This document shows, in pieces, positions 9,809 to 22,462 of a stretch of DNA of 64,000 bases. How positions within the stretch are numbered: the first letter of the stretch is position 1; every line of letters starts with the position of its first letter. Both the position numbers and the translations under genes were made by a program. The notes beneath the pieces are model-generated. The model did not search any database, was not told where the DNA came from, and worked only from the letters and a program-made list of their open reading frames with translations. The stretch comes from Klebsormidium nitens (Eukaryota > Plantae > Klebsormidiophyceae). The stretch spans positions 310,001 through 374,000 of the forward strand of contig DF236965.1 of the NCBI GenBank assembly GCA_000708835.1, in the 5' to 3' direction.

Positions 9809-12800
9809 TCACTTTTTACTCTTCTTCTTTACAGGTTCCTTTGTAAACATTCGGGGGGCGATAGCCATGGCCATGAGCTCTTGGAAGAGAAGCTTGCAAG
9901 CGTAAGGTATGTGCACCTGCAGAAGGAAGGAAGAGATTCAGAACTCTTATCAAGTGAGCGTCGCAATAGCGACGAGAAGAACAGGAGGAGATGACAACCC
10001 GAATGTATGTCAAACGAAGCACCCAAACCAATACAACTGCGGCTCCAAGCCTTCCTTTTGCAATTCAGTCTTTACGCGACACCTCTCTCAAATATTGGTC
10101 ACCCCTGCTGAAAACCAAACCTACGTGCTCTGACTGACACCCCGAGCAGATGAGCAGAGTCTCCCGGCGATGTCGTTGCAGACGCTTGCAATTCTCAATC
10201 TCCTTGATCATTTTCGCAGTTGCTCTTCCCCTTACTGAAATCCGCACACAAACAACCCATGTAGACGAAACATTCTGCCAACACTCCGCTTCTCCTTTTT
10301 CCGGCGACCCACCTGCACGATCTCCGTCTTGTTCTTGCACCCCCGGCACTCGAAGGTCGCCTTTTTCAGGTTCGCAATCGCGATCAGGCCGCACCGCTGG
10401 CACAGGTGCACCCGGTACGCGTCGCTCTGATCCATCAGGCGCTCCTTGAGGAACGCCGCCGCGCCGTGCGCAATCATGCAGTCGCGCTCCATCTCGCCGA
10501 ACCGCAGCCCGCCGTCCTTGGCGCGCCCCTCCGCGGGCTGCCGCGTCAGCACCTGCAAATTAGCACGAAGCAATCAAAAATAGGAGACTGGGGTTATCGA
10601 GTTTGTTCACAATTGGGGGTTCTTGGTTGGAGGTCCTGTCGAATGTCTGCCACGACAAACAGACGAGGATGCAACGAAGAAATGTCGCTCCTAGTTGTTT
10701 GAAGCCAACTGATCGCCGCAAGTGTCAAAATTTAAGCGTCAGGTAAGCTCGTTCGTCAACGGCGAGAAGAGCGTCGCGTACGCCGTCACGACCCACTCTC
10801 AAACCACGAACTTTTAGATAGTTTCAAACCCTTTCAAAATCTTAACACAGCATATAACCATTCGCCGAAGAAAACCTGCTCACCTGTACGGGCCCGCGCG
10901 CTCGGCTGTGGATCTTGTCGTCGACCATGTGCTTGAGGCGCTGGTAGTAGGTGGGCCCCAAAAAGACCATAGCCTGCAGCTTGCGCCCCGTGTGCCCGTT
11001 GTACATCACCTCGTTGCCACGCATCTGGTACCCGCACTTGTGCAGCGCCTTCGAGATGTTGTCCACCTGCGTGCAAAGAAACAAGTTTAGTTCTTCACGT
11101 GAGTGTAGATTTGGATGTGAGGCCCTTTCAGACACGGCTTTGTGACAACGTCTCGTTCCCAGTCGAGCTTGTGAAGTACCTTCGATACGTTGCCCAACTG
11201 CATACGACCGCAGATGCCCTATGCAGATTACAAAACAAGCAAGGACGTGTACAAGAAACCACATTTCAAGGAGTGTTCGAAGCGTCTGAGATGTCCGCTG
11301 GCATATGTGCCGCTGTCGCATCAGTAGGCATCGTAACTACGGCAAAGGCTTGGAGGCACAGGAAAACGGCCGGACGCTCCCGGACGCTTATGATGCAAGA
11401 AACCGTGATGTCCAAGAGAAGAGCGCTGACCGTGACGTCAGTGAAGGGCGTGGCGTCGCCCTCCTTGCCCATGTGCGCCGCGACCTTGCCCATGACGCAC
11501 TCGATGAGATGCCCGATGGTCATGCGACTGGGGATGGCGTGCGGGTTGACGATGATGTCAGGGGTGATGCCCTCCTGCGTGAACGGCATGTCCTCCTGCA
11601 CAGCGAAGCAGTTTGGCAGATGTTCAGGAGCTTTTCCGCTAAGATGCTACTTAACAGCGGGGTTATGTACTTAACAGCGGGGTTATATACTTAACAGCGG
11701 GGTTACGCACAGTAAGAGGATCACGACGATGACGTCAGGGGTGATGCCCATTTGCATGAACGGCATGTCCTCCTGCACAGCCGAACGGGTTTGGCAGGTA
11801 GTCAGAACTCCGTTCTAGCAAGCAGATTGAGGTAGGTATAGGACATCTCCGCGTCGAAGAAACATTCCTCTTTTGCATTAGTGGCATGAACGGTGTCTCC
11901 TCCTGTGACGCCAGAGAGACGAGTCGCTGACGTGAGTATCGTTGATACGTGAAAGGGTGAACGAGGCCCTGTGAGCACGACGCGGAAGAGCGGGAAAGAA
12001 AGGACGCTAACAAAGGATTCACATGGTGGCCTTGGGCCTGGTCCCCAGCAAATTGCTCACAGGAACAGTTGCGAAAGAAGGAGCATCGGGCAGAGACTTC
12101 CGCTGTGCACATCCGGATCCGTCACCTTCCACCAAATCCCTAAAGAATCTTGACAATCAGCTGCTACGATGACAGAAGCGTCATTCCTGCCAGCAAATGT
12201 GTACCGGTATTTACTGGAACTTCTCAGCACACGCCATCCTTAGAATATCGCCTGGTTTCTACATAAAAGGCCGTTTATCGTCGAAACTGGTGAGTTTTCC
12301 CTGCAGAAGCAGTGGCTTTTCACACTCGTGCTGCCAACCGGGAACACCTCTGGCCGCCTTACCTGTGAGTACGTCATCCCGACCGTCCCCTTTTGCCCGT
12401 GCCGACTGCTGAACTTGTCCCCGACCTGCGGGACCCGCACCGAGCGCACCCGCACCTTCACGAACTTCTGCCCGATCTCGTTCGTGGTCAGGAGCACCTG
12501 GACAACGAGCAGACCGGTTTACGCTACCGCAAATGAACGAAGTTCGGGCTGATGAGTTTTCTCGTCGTTCTGTTGACCCATGGATCTCCGAAAACCATTG
12601 CCAAAACGAGCTTTCTGTTTGCAACGGCATCTCGGAGTTTAATCTTCAGAGAAAAGCAAGACTGTGCTCGAGCGAAAGGGCGACAAGCATCGCAAACCAA
12701 GAGGACCAATCAATGCTGAAGACGCCAACCCTGAGCGAACACTACTCGGTAGATCGCTTCTTGGCAAGAGCAAAATCCTGAGGAGGCGCACTCTCTGCAG

Positions 12801-15800
12801 GCGACTGAGAACGAAACTCGAAACCCTTGGCATGCACTTACCTGGTCTATCATCCCGTTTTCGGTGTGTTTCAGCTTGGTGCTGCAGTCCCGCTTCGTAA
12901 ACCGGACGGCCTCTCCCGTCGTCGTGTCTATCGGCACCGGGGCCGTCTTGCCAATGACCACATCGTCACCCGAAACACGGGTGCCCTGCACACGCCAAAA
13001 GTAGCGTTTGAGAACGGGCCATTTTCAGAGGGTTCGAGAGAGACCGACATGCCAGCAGGGCGAGAAATGAAGAGGGTAGCAGTAGCTTGTGCTTCTGATA
13101 GGTGCGAAAAAGAGACCTTGCAACCGAGGGGTCTTATGGTCCCACTGGGCAGAGCCTTGAGTTTGCAGCCTTAAGAGATGTGTTCGTTTGCAAAACGATG
13201 CTGTTGCATGTATCAGTCGCGCCTCCAAATGGGCACACAAGCAACCACACAACCAAGACAAAGGTAACATAGATCAAAGCAGCCGGAGCCGGAAGCAACT
13301 GGTGGCGCCAGTCCACCAGCAGCCAACTGTTCATTCACAAAAAGGCTTTTGCAGACACACATTTTGAAGCGCATCCAATAATCGCGGAGTCGGTTCGCTA
13401 CGGAAAACAACAGAGCCAATGGTCTCAAAATCGCTTTGCTACGGAAATCAACAATGATCACAACCAGGATCACAGAATCACGGATTGAACAAACGGAAGC
13501 AAATACTTACCGGTGGCGCCAGCCCATCTGCATCCAGCTTTTCGTAGGAGCCGGCGAACATGTTGGTGGTGGTCTCCCTGTCCGGCCGCTCAAAGCGCTC
13601 CAGCCCGAGATCGCCCATGCCCGCCTTCTTCTCCTCGTCCCTGCGCATTAAATCAGTGATTGGTTTAGTCTCTCTGGGAAGAGGTTGACAATCATGTCGG
13701 TATTGGAAAAGTCATAAGCGGTTTTCACGCTTGGACATCAGGCTGCGGCTTTTCAGGCGACGTATCCAGAAGCACGCCGACTTGAGGACATGTCGGACGT
13801 GTTCAGAAGCGGTTGGTTCCAAAGACGAGGGAACGCGAGCGTGCTTTCTTGAGGCATTCTCAAGCATTCACGGGCACTCCGAACATTATTAGCAACAGTT
13901 TTGTTGACTTCCTCAGCCACGCCAGCTCAGCACTTGAGAATTAGACTCACCACTCTAATGATTCCAGCCCGCGTTTTTTGGTCCATGAAATGGATTCAGA
14001 TCGGATTTGCGAAGCAGAAAGATGAAGGAAAGACGAAGATATCAAAGGAAGCAGAAGAGCACAGGACGAATGCTCCGCACCTAGTCAAGCAGTAGTAGAG
14101 CGAACGGAAGAGCCGCGATCGATAGGCAACTAGTGCATGCAGTGCATACATCTCAAGCCGAATACAAGGAGTGTAAAAGTCAAGAGAACACTAGACGCAG
14201 ACGACAAAGAAGAGGCAAACCTCGCGGCGAAAAGACGCACCTGAGCGACCGGTAGTACAGCGAGCGGAAGAAGCCGCGGTCAATGGACGACTGGTTCATG
14301 CAGTTCATACATCTTAAGCCGAAAACAGAAAATGTAAAACGTTAAGAGAGCGATGAAAGCAGACGAACAGAAGAAGCAAACTTTGCAGCGAGAAGAGGCA
14401 CCTGAGCGACCGGTAGTAGAGCGAGCGGAAGAAGCCCCGGTCGATGGACGACTGGTTCATGATAACGCTATCCTCCTGGTTATACCCCGAGTAGCACAGC
14501 AGCGCCACGATCGCGTTCTGCCCCGCGGGCAGCTCCCGGAAGTGCAGATACTCCATTGCTCTAGTTGTCACCAGCGGCTTCTGCGGGTAGTACAGCACGT
14601 ACGCGAGCGTGTCCATTCGCAGCTGGTAGTTGGTGACATAAATCCCCATCGCCTGTTTTCCCATCGCGGACTGGTACGTGTTTCGCGGGGATTGGTTGTG
14701 GTCCGGGAACGGGATGATCGACCCGCAGATCCCGAGGATCATGCTCGGGTGGATCTCGCAGTGCGTGTACGTGTCGGAGTACGCGTCTTGCGGGTTGGAA
14801 CGCGCGTTGGCCAGGTCGTTGATCGTCATCGCGATCATGGTGGTCTCCTCCTCCTCTGTGTCGACGTATTCGATGTAGCCCTTGACCACCAGCTCGTGCC
14901 ACCCGAAGGGGTTCGCGCCCTGCACAATTTTGGGGTTCAGGGTTACAATCGAGAACTTTGAGAAGCAGCATGTGGGTAGAGCCTTAAGAAATCAAGGCTG
15001 TGGCCTCAAGACTTGAGGTTCAAGGAGTCAAGCTTCCGTTTCAAATTTTTCAAAACCTCCCATGGAGATGGACAGTAAAAGCATGATGACTACCCGGACA
15101 ATCGCTCCTGAATATCCAGTGATGTTTCTGGTCTTCCTTAGAGGTTGTCGTAGTAGGTGAATTCAACGGATGCACTAAAGCCAACTTCCAACCGTGGCAC
15201 GAGCGTTCCTGGTGTGAAACCAACGAACTGAGGAGACAATTCCTATATATTGATGACAGACGATCTGATACGGCCGCAAAGCCGCAGTCCAAACCGCAAG
15301 AACCGCCCAAGTTTGTGGTGGCACAAATGAACAACAGGCTGGTTCTTAGAAACGCAGCCCAAAAGTGGTGCCCAAGGTGAACTTTATTGGGAGCCCGGAA
15401 CCAGAGCCGAACACCAAGCCAAATCTTTAATCAAATTTCAATCAAACCAGACCCAAACCCTAACCCTGACCCACGCCTACACCCGCCCTCACCTCGTCGT
15501 TCGTTCGCCCGCGCCAGAGCTGCAGCGCCTGGATGTCCTGCTTCTTAATCAGCAGCTTCTGGTTCTCCACGATGAACAGCGGCCGGCAGCACCGCCCGTA
15601 GTCCGTGTACAACCGGAGCTCCTTCAACCGGATGTCGCGGACCACCCCGACTTCGGTGTTCACGTCTACCTGCCGCCGCAGCTGGCGCAGGGTGCGCACC
15701 AGAAGTTCCGGGTCCCGGTGGATGCCCACCCAGGCGCCGTTGACGAAAATCTTGGTGGAGTTGGGGATGACGCTCGGGGAGATTTCCTGGAAGAGCGGGG

Positions 15801-18800
15801 AATCTATATGAGGGACGAACGGGAAGAGCGGGCTTGAGCAGCGACGCATAGGGTCAGTAAGTTTGTTGAAGCCATTTTTATGATTTAACCTCTCCGAAGC
15901 AGCTAGAACACTAGGAACACGAACATCTTCTTACGTCCAACCGGAAGAATCAGCATAACGTTTTTGCTGGACCATCGCTTGTCCAGATTGTACAGCACGG
16001 AATTTTGACGCCGGACCATTGAAATCCCAACATCGCAAGCTCCCGACACCTTCACGCTCCGAAGTCCAGCCGAGCAAGAGACCCGGGGTAGTGTCTTTGA
16101 AATAGGAATCCTTGATTGAAACGCATCCTTAAAACGACTCCTCAACCGGACCCTTAACCCACCTCGAGGTTCTCCGTCGTCCACTCCTCCAGAAACTCCA
16201 GGATCGGCCCCGCGGGCGATCCGACCGAGATGTACGCCATGAGTGCCAAATTTTTCACCAGCCCGCACGCCTGGCCCTCCGGCGTTTCCGCAGGGCAGAT
16301 CATGCCCCAGTGGGAGTTGTGCAGCTGACGTGGCTTCGCCAGCTTGCCCTCCCGTCCGATGGGGGAGTTGAGGCGCCGCAGGTGGGACAGCGTCGATGCG
16401 TACGTCAGCCGGTTGAGCACCTGCCAGAAGAAAGGAACGCGGTCGGATTGTTAAAATCATCACTTCTTGACGCTTCGTTTTACTGGCCCGGAGGGAGTCG
16501 CGAACAGGGAGGGAGTCATCGTTTCAGCCAATTGCAACCAGTCTTACCACCCCATGCTTTCAACCCGTTAGCTGCGTGTCATGTTTTTCATGCCGGATTG
16601 ACCGTCGATGAGAGGTGGCTCACTGGGAGCACTTTTCTCTCCAAGCGTTGAAAAGACTCTCTAGGTACAACCAAGCGAAGATGCATCGAGAACCACAATA
16701 AAACCTCCTTCAACACCTTGTTCACAGCACCTTCAGAAGACTCTCCAACAGTACGTGAGCAGAACGGACTAGAGAAGGAAGGCGACAGTACCTGCGACAC
16801 GCCCGCCCTAGTTCCCATCTTCCCTTGCTCCCCCCAGTTCCCAGTCGCCAGCGAGTACTTGAGCCCGGACGTGATCGTCTTGGCCTTGACCGCAAACGTG
16901 ATGTTCATCTCCTTGCCGTTGTCCACCGCCTTCTGGAGGTGGTTCTTCACGTCCTTGGCCATCTTGCGGAACAGCTGCAAAACCATGAAAATAAGTAGCA
17001 GGTAAGCGGTGAAAAAACGTCATCGTTCGTCGCAATCGCAGCAGAATAAGCAATTGCTTCGCGGTATACTTTCACCCTTGACAACGCACAGAGCTTGCTC
17101 AACGCCAGGCTAGAGGGCGGGAAGAAATTGCTCCCAAACTCATGACACCCCTGCACAAATCTGAGGCCCCTTGGAAACAGGACTTGTCCTTGACTGAAGC
17201 CCCGAACGATGTGCCGCTTACGAGATTCCGTCCAACCTCACGAGCAAGAGCCATTGGCTCCGCAAACGTAATGCACCCTGCAAAGCAATCAATTCAACGA
17301 CTTCCATGCGGGCCCCGCATTGCCAAATTCCCTGCCAAACGGCTTCTTCCCACCATCTTCCAAAGCGAAGTCCTCGAACCCTACAGAGGGGGGGGCAATC
17401 AACACCCCACACTCACCAGCCTGAAGAGCCCCCCCATGAGCGGCCCCGCCAGATCCAGCCGCTTGTTCCCGTAGTGATCTCGGTCGTCCTCCGCGCGCCG
17501 CCCGAGCGCGCACAGCAACAACCGGTGGATGACATATCCGAAGAAGTAGGCCTTTTTCGTCTCGCAAAACTCCTCGGTGCCCACGTGGGGGAGGAACTCC
17601 TTCTGCAGGATCTCGCGCGCATACTTGATGCGCTTCTCGCGCGTGACGCCCACCGAGTTGCCACGCTTGCCAATGTAGTCAAGCGCCATCTGAGGATAAA
17701 CAGATGTTGAAAGAGAATTAGCGGCTCGCAACTGGGCAAAAATGGTGTGCCGGCAGCCTTGCTCTCGACAACTGGAGGGTGAAATTACATGCAGGATACT
17801 CTTAAGTCTCACAGAACCATCTTTTAAGGTGGCAATACTAATCGGCTTCTCAGGGCTACGGTGCAAGTCGCCTTGATTCATGGAACATCAAGAAGGTGAA
17901 CAAAATGTCCGAGCTTTCAAGAGCTCGACCAAAACTTGCGCAGTTCCCTATGACCCGCTTTTTACCTGCATTTTCGTCGTGCTTTCAATCATGGCATACT
18001 CACTGAGCAAACAAGCGCCCTCACAAGAAGCTTCAGCAAGTTAAGAAGATCATAAGGAAAAGTCTGTGCTCACATCCTGGTCATTGATGGCGGCGGCCTC
18101 TTCGAGCGACGGCCGCAGGAGCTCCATCATGGCGGGGTCGTTAAAGTCGTAGCAGATGTGCTCCAAAATGTCCTTGTCCGCAGTGAAGCCCAGCGCGCGG
18201 AACACCAGGATGATCGGGACGTCGCTCCTGTGAAGTAAGCTCAAACGTTTAGTTTTGGAGAGCTTGCGGGATCGTTGGACGAGCCCACGTCCACGAGCAA
18301 TTGGGGCGTAGAAGGACCTAGGCAGTGAAGCATTGATTAGATTCAAAGCACAGGTAAGACTTGCATGTGACCCCACCACAGCAGACAGCGTGAAGAGAAG
18401 GCTCCAATGGCCAGAACGTAGCCCGAGAAGGCATCACAGCACGCAGCCAGACAATGGATAAAGCAGCCGACGTGGCGACGGCCGTGAAGGCAAAACGGGC
18501 TCCACGATATCCAGATCCGTTCCGTCTCGCTTTTTCTGCCGTGTCTTGAAACTCTTTCGTTCCTATACATGCAGATCACCAGCCAGTCAACCAACCAAGC
18601 AAGCAGAAACGATGCTGAAAAGTGAGTCTCGACCAAGCAAAGCACCTGATATACGGCACCGTACACCGGATGTACTGCCCGGTGCCCCCCTTGGCCCCCG
18701 CCCTCGACAGCATCCGCACGAACAGCGAGCTTATTGGCCGGTTGCTCGTCTCCGCCTGAGACCGGAGCTCTGCCACATACGAGTACTTGTTCGGCTGCCG

Positions 18801-21211
18801 CTTCTTGAACACGTACACATGGTTGCTGCTCATCTTCTCCTGCGCGATGAGGACTTTCTCGCTGCCATTGATGATGAAGTAGCCGCCCTGGTCGTACGGG
18901 CACTCGCCGAGCTCGGTCAGCTCCTTGTCCGAGAGCTGGTAGAGCGTGCAGTAGCTGGAGCGCAGCATGATCGGAACCTGGGCAAGGACGAAACGGGTTA
19001 AGAATTACAGAACGGGTTAACAAGTCTAACTGGAGAACTTGGTGAGCTCCTTGTCGGAGAGTTGGTACAGCGTGTTAGTAGCTGGAGCGCAGCATGATCG
19101 AAACCTGGGCAGGGGGGAAAATGGGTTCAGAATTACAGAAAGGGTACCGAAGAAGAATTTCCGAGCAAGTATTACCGAGTCGTCTGAAGAGCTCGGTGAG
19201 CTCCTTGTCAGAGAGACGATAAACGGGCAGAACCCAAAGCGCAGCATGATCAAGAACTGGGCCGGGACATAACGGGTTAAGATTAACAAGGTAGAGTTAA
19301 CGAGCCTGCAGGAGCAGGGGCTTCAGAGTTGTTGATTGAGTCAGACTAGTCTTCTAGATTGTGCAACACGACTTTGCCTTGGCATTTCAAAGGCAGGAAA
19401 GGTCAAGTTGTCTTCAGAGATGCGACATTGATCCAAGCAACGTCCAGCAAAACGAACCCACCAACACCGAGTGAGTCAGGCAAACGAACTGAAAATGGCG
19501 GTGAGTACGCCATCTCCCACAGACCTAACGCGGTTATGCTTCTTCACAAAAGCTCGGCTCTGACCTCCTGCCCTTCCCCACCTTGGAAGCAGAGTGTGCC
19601 AAACTAAGAGCCGCGTCAAAAGCAAAACAGATGCCCCACACTACGGCTCCTTGTTGATGTTACTTGAGTGTCACTTTTGAGGAAGCGCACCTTCCCAATA
19701 TGCGTCTTTGGATACTCCTGCGTCTCGATCTGCTCCTCCCCATCGGGGCCCAAGCTGATGGTGGTCCTGGTTATGTCTATGTACAGTGCCGCCGAGTAGG
19801 TCAGGTTGCGCAAACGCGCGTCCTTGGGGAAGAGGGTCAAAGTCTCGCCATCGGGTTCGGTCATGGAGGGTTTGCTCAGGTAGATCTGCCCAAACTTGAT
19901 TTTGTGCAGGACCTGCACAAGGAGAGCGGAACGGCTAACAGACACAACAATCAGAAGCAGACTTTGATTGCGTACTTTGATGGAGTAGTCAGACTTCCCC
20001 CAGCAGACCTGGCCAAAGTTGATTGTTTGTAAGGACCTGAAGAACGTAAGCCAAGGAGGATAATCGGCGGTTGGCGGCTGGTTGGTCAATCAATCGAATG
20101 AAGGCAGCCTCCGGCAATTGGTGGGAGAAGCAAAGTCTGACCGTGGTGACAGAGATATGAGACAAAAGCGGAGAAGCGCGCCTATCAAGGTTCGGTTCAG
20201 ATACACCCACTCCAGACACGATATTCTGGAAGGCGTGCAGTAGCCATTCAGCAGACTAGAAAATCGAGGCTGAATATGGGAATGAGAGAGTGGAAGCAGT
20301 GGAGAAGAACGTGGTGAGGGTTCGCTGGAGGGGAAGCTTTGCATATGATTCACTATGCAGGCTCTTGTAGAATGGGGGTTGAGACTGCTTAGATCTTGAG
20401 CAATCTCTTGGTGAGATGAATTTTCCATACAAAAAAACCGTCTCAACACATACGCCTTGCACTTGACACTTCATCAGCAACAACCACTGGCTGGGGTCAG
20501 CAAGCTGGCACTGAAGTTGTGGCTTTAACGCAACTCTTCTTACATAATGACAACAAGGACATTCAGCCTAGATAGCGCGCGCAACAAATGTTTCTGTACA
20601 TAGCACACTCGTCACAAACGGCCAGGACGGATGATGCGGTTCTTTTAAAAGTACAGCATTTGTTTTCCCCCCAACCATACCATGCCTCCCAGAGCATGCT
20701 CAAGCAACCTTTTGCAATCATGCACCCTATTCCACGAGGGCACTCAGAGAACTTGTTCAATAGAACAAATCAGCGATGAAAGCACCAACGACAGACTTCC
20801 CATGCTTTCGACCTCCGTCAGAATGATAGAAGAGATTGTACTTCAAAGGTGGCATGGTATGGCACTTTCTACTCCAAAAACCCATGACCCATGCGCCACG
20901 AAAATTTCCCAAAAGTCAAGTGTAAACTGCCCGTAAACTCCAAGGTCCCTCAGAAGGCCCCAAATGCTTGCCTGCGGGGTTTCCAGCTGCTGATTGGGGT
21001 TGTGCTGTGCCTCAGGCCGAATCTCAATTTCCGGAGACTCGTCCACGATTTCTTGCATGGTCGACTGAACGAACTCATCAAAAGAGTCCAATTGCTGCCG
21101 GACAAGACCCTTCTCCTCAAAGTAGGCGCTGATAACGGCCCACGCATCTTCCTGCGTGATCTCGTCTTCCTCCTCCTCAAGAGGGATGTCCTCTGCGTCG
21201 CCCCCGTACAT
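9809..21211 (-). CDS. RPB2: DNA-directed RNA polymerase II second-largest subunit (multi-exon)
   Basis: Begins [10 protein letters not shown]...[15 protein letters not shown]. Conserved blocks include [118 protein letters not shown] and [12 protein letters not shown]. Ends [33 protein letters not shown] (stop at 9809-9811). Confidence 0.97.
11648..11708. repeat. 20-bp tandem repeat x3 in an RPB2 intron
   Basis: tacttaacagcggggttatg / tacttaacagcggggttata / tacttaacagcggggttacg. Confidence 0.9.
14080..14460 (-). repeat. ~160-bp tandem triplication of an RPB2 exon end, donor site and intron start
   Basis: Units begin near 14400 (real exon end), 14240 and 14080. Each contains the FFRSLYYRS-coding segment followed by a GT donor on the minus strand. 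Confidence 0.9.
18900..19290 (-). repeat. Triplicated RPB2 acceptor site and exon start
   Basis: cccag|GTTCCGATCATGCTGCGCTCCAGCTAC...GACAAGGAGCTGACCGAG (real) recurs as degenerate copies at ~19034-19120 and ~19190-19265. Confidence 0.88.
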
Positions 21212-22462
21212 CTTTCTACTCTGTTTGTGTCTCAAGAGAATTTCCTGAAGAAAGTGGCGATCAGCTACAGCGCGCCTCTGTGCAGAACTTTAGAGCAGTC
21301 AAATCACAACCCCAAGGTTCTTGTGATTCTAGGACGAACACTTCATTCTGCGCCCTTCTATGGTACAAATGAGCACGCCGCACGGTTGTGGCTCAAGGGA
21401 CTTTCGACAAGCTTACGAGCTGCAGCAATTGGAAGTACTATTTTGAACCACCTTTTTCTAGAAGCAACTTCTGTACAAACTTCCGCCGCTAGGGAACTGA
21501 AGAATGCCGTGCAAAACCCGCCGCCGCTTCGCCACCACTGACCAATCTTGCTTCCTTCTTAAGTTCCTTTTCTACGCCAAAGCAAACAACGGCGCCGCCG
21601 CCGCACAGGACGACTTGTAGCAGAATGATGCCGCCACTATGCCGCCACTATGCCGCCACCAAGCGCCAAGCTTCTTCTGTGGCGCAGGGAGGATTGTCTG
21701 CTCTGCGAGGTTGGCCCCACCTTTTAGTTTTACCCGAGCAATCGTTGCACACAAAACACGCAGCGGGATTTTTAGCCACTTCTTGAAGCCCGGTGGAAAA
21801 CTGAGTATGAAAGTTGTCGAGGGGCTTAGGCGGCTAACGACTACGGTTATCACTCAACTTAGGAAAGAGGTAAATTGCAGATTACTGTTTTCTTTTTAAC
21901 CCTTCGTTTTGACTTTCGACGCCGGAAAACATCGGTAGGGCCCGGGGGGCGCTTGCGAAAGAATTATATACAAAAGGGCAATTTCTGAACGAGGCGAGGC
22001 TGGACTTGGACTCGGAGGCTGGCAAATGCTGCAATTTCGAAGGAAGGAGAAGAGAAAAGAAAGGGGAAGCCCAGCTAGGATTCGGAAGGGCACAGGTCCT
22101 GCATTCGAAAGAGAAGGCAGTGCTCCGAGTTTGCTTCTGCCATCTGCAATTTCCATTTCAAGAACTACTGCTTTCAGGTTGTTCAGGACATATGCACAAA
22201 AAAGCATTGAAGAGCCTCTGTATATTTGACAACGGGCAGAATTAACAATTTTAGTTGCAAGCAACAGGCTTGCGAAGCTTACTGAGCAATCAATTGAATT
22301 GTGGATCAGGTCAAACGGCTGCACCCTTGCACCGGTTTCGAGTCTGTATCTTTTGCCTCTTCCGTGACGACACTGCACACCTATCTCAGTCTGTCCTGCA
22401 AATTCAGAGCCTAGCTTCGGCAGAGGTCAGCCATTGATTGAGAGTAAGAGCGTGTCAACAAA
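21212..22462. promoter_or_regulatory. Putative bidirectional promoter / 5'UTR region shared by RPB2 and VPS2
   Basis: The start codons diverge 1.25 kb apart. Contains a GGGCCC box (~21938), a TATA-like ttatata (~21965) and a 3x atgccgccact repeat (21628-21659). Confidence 0.5.

Noticed and set aside
11648-11708. CRISPR-like reading of the partly palindromic 20-bp repeat
   Set aside because: Units are directly adjacent with no spacers, the context is a eukaryotic intron, and there are no cas genes.
15083-15135. Possible C/D snoRNA (atgatga...ctga...gtgatgt)
   Set aside because: Antisense to its host intron, no terminal D box and no terminal stem.
9809-21211. RPB2 as a Pol IV/V subunit (NRPD2/NRPE2)
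   Set aside because: Apart from a short divergent patch ([18 protein letters not shown]...MFAGSY), the conserved blocks match Pol II RPB2 closely.
20891-21541. 216-aa plus-strand ORF and the many other ORFs antisense to RPB2, 4CL and root-cap exons
   Set aside because: Expected by-product of strong GC3 codon bias on the opposite strand.
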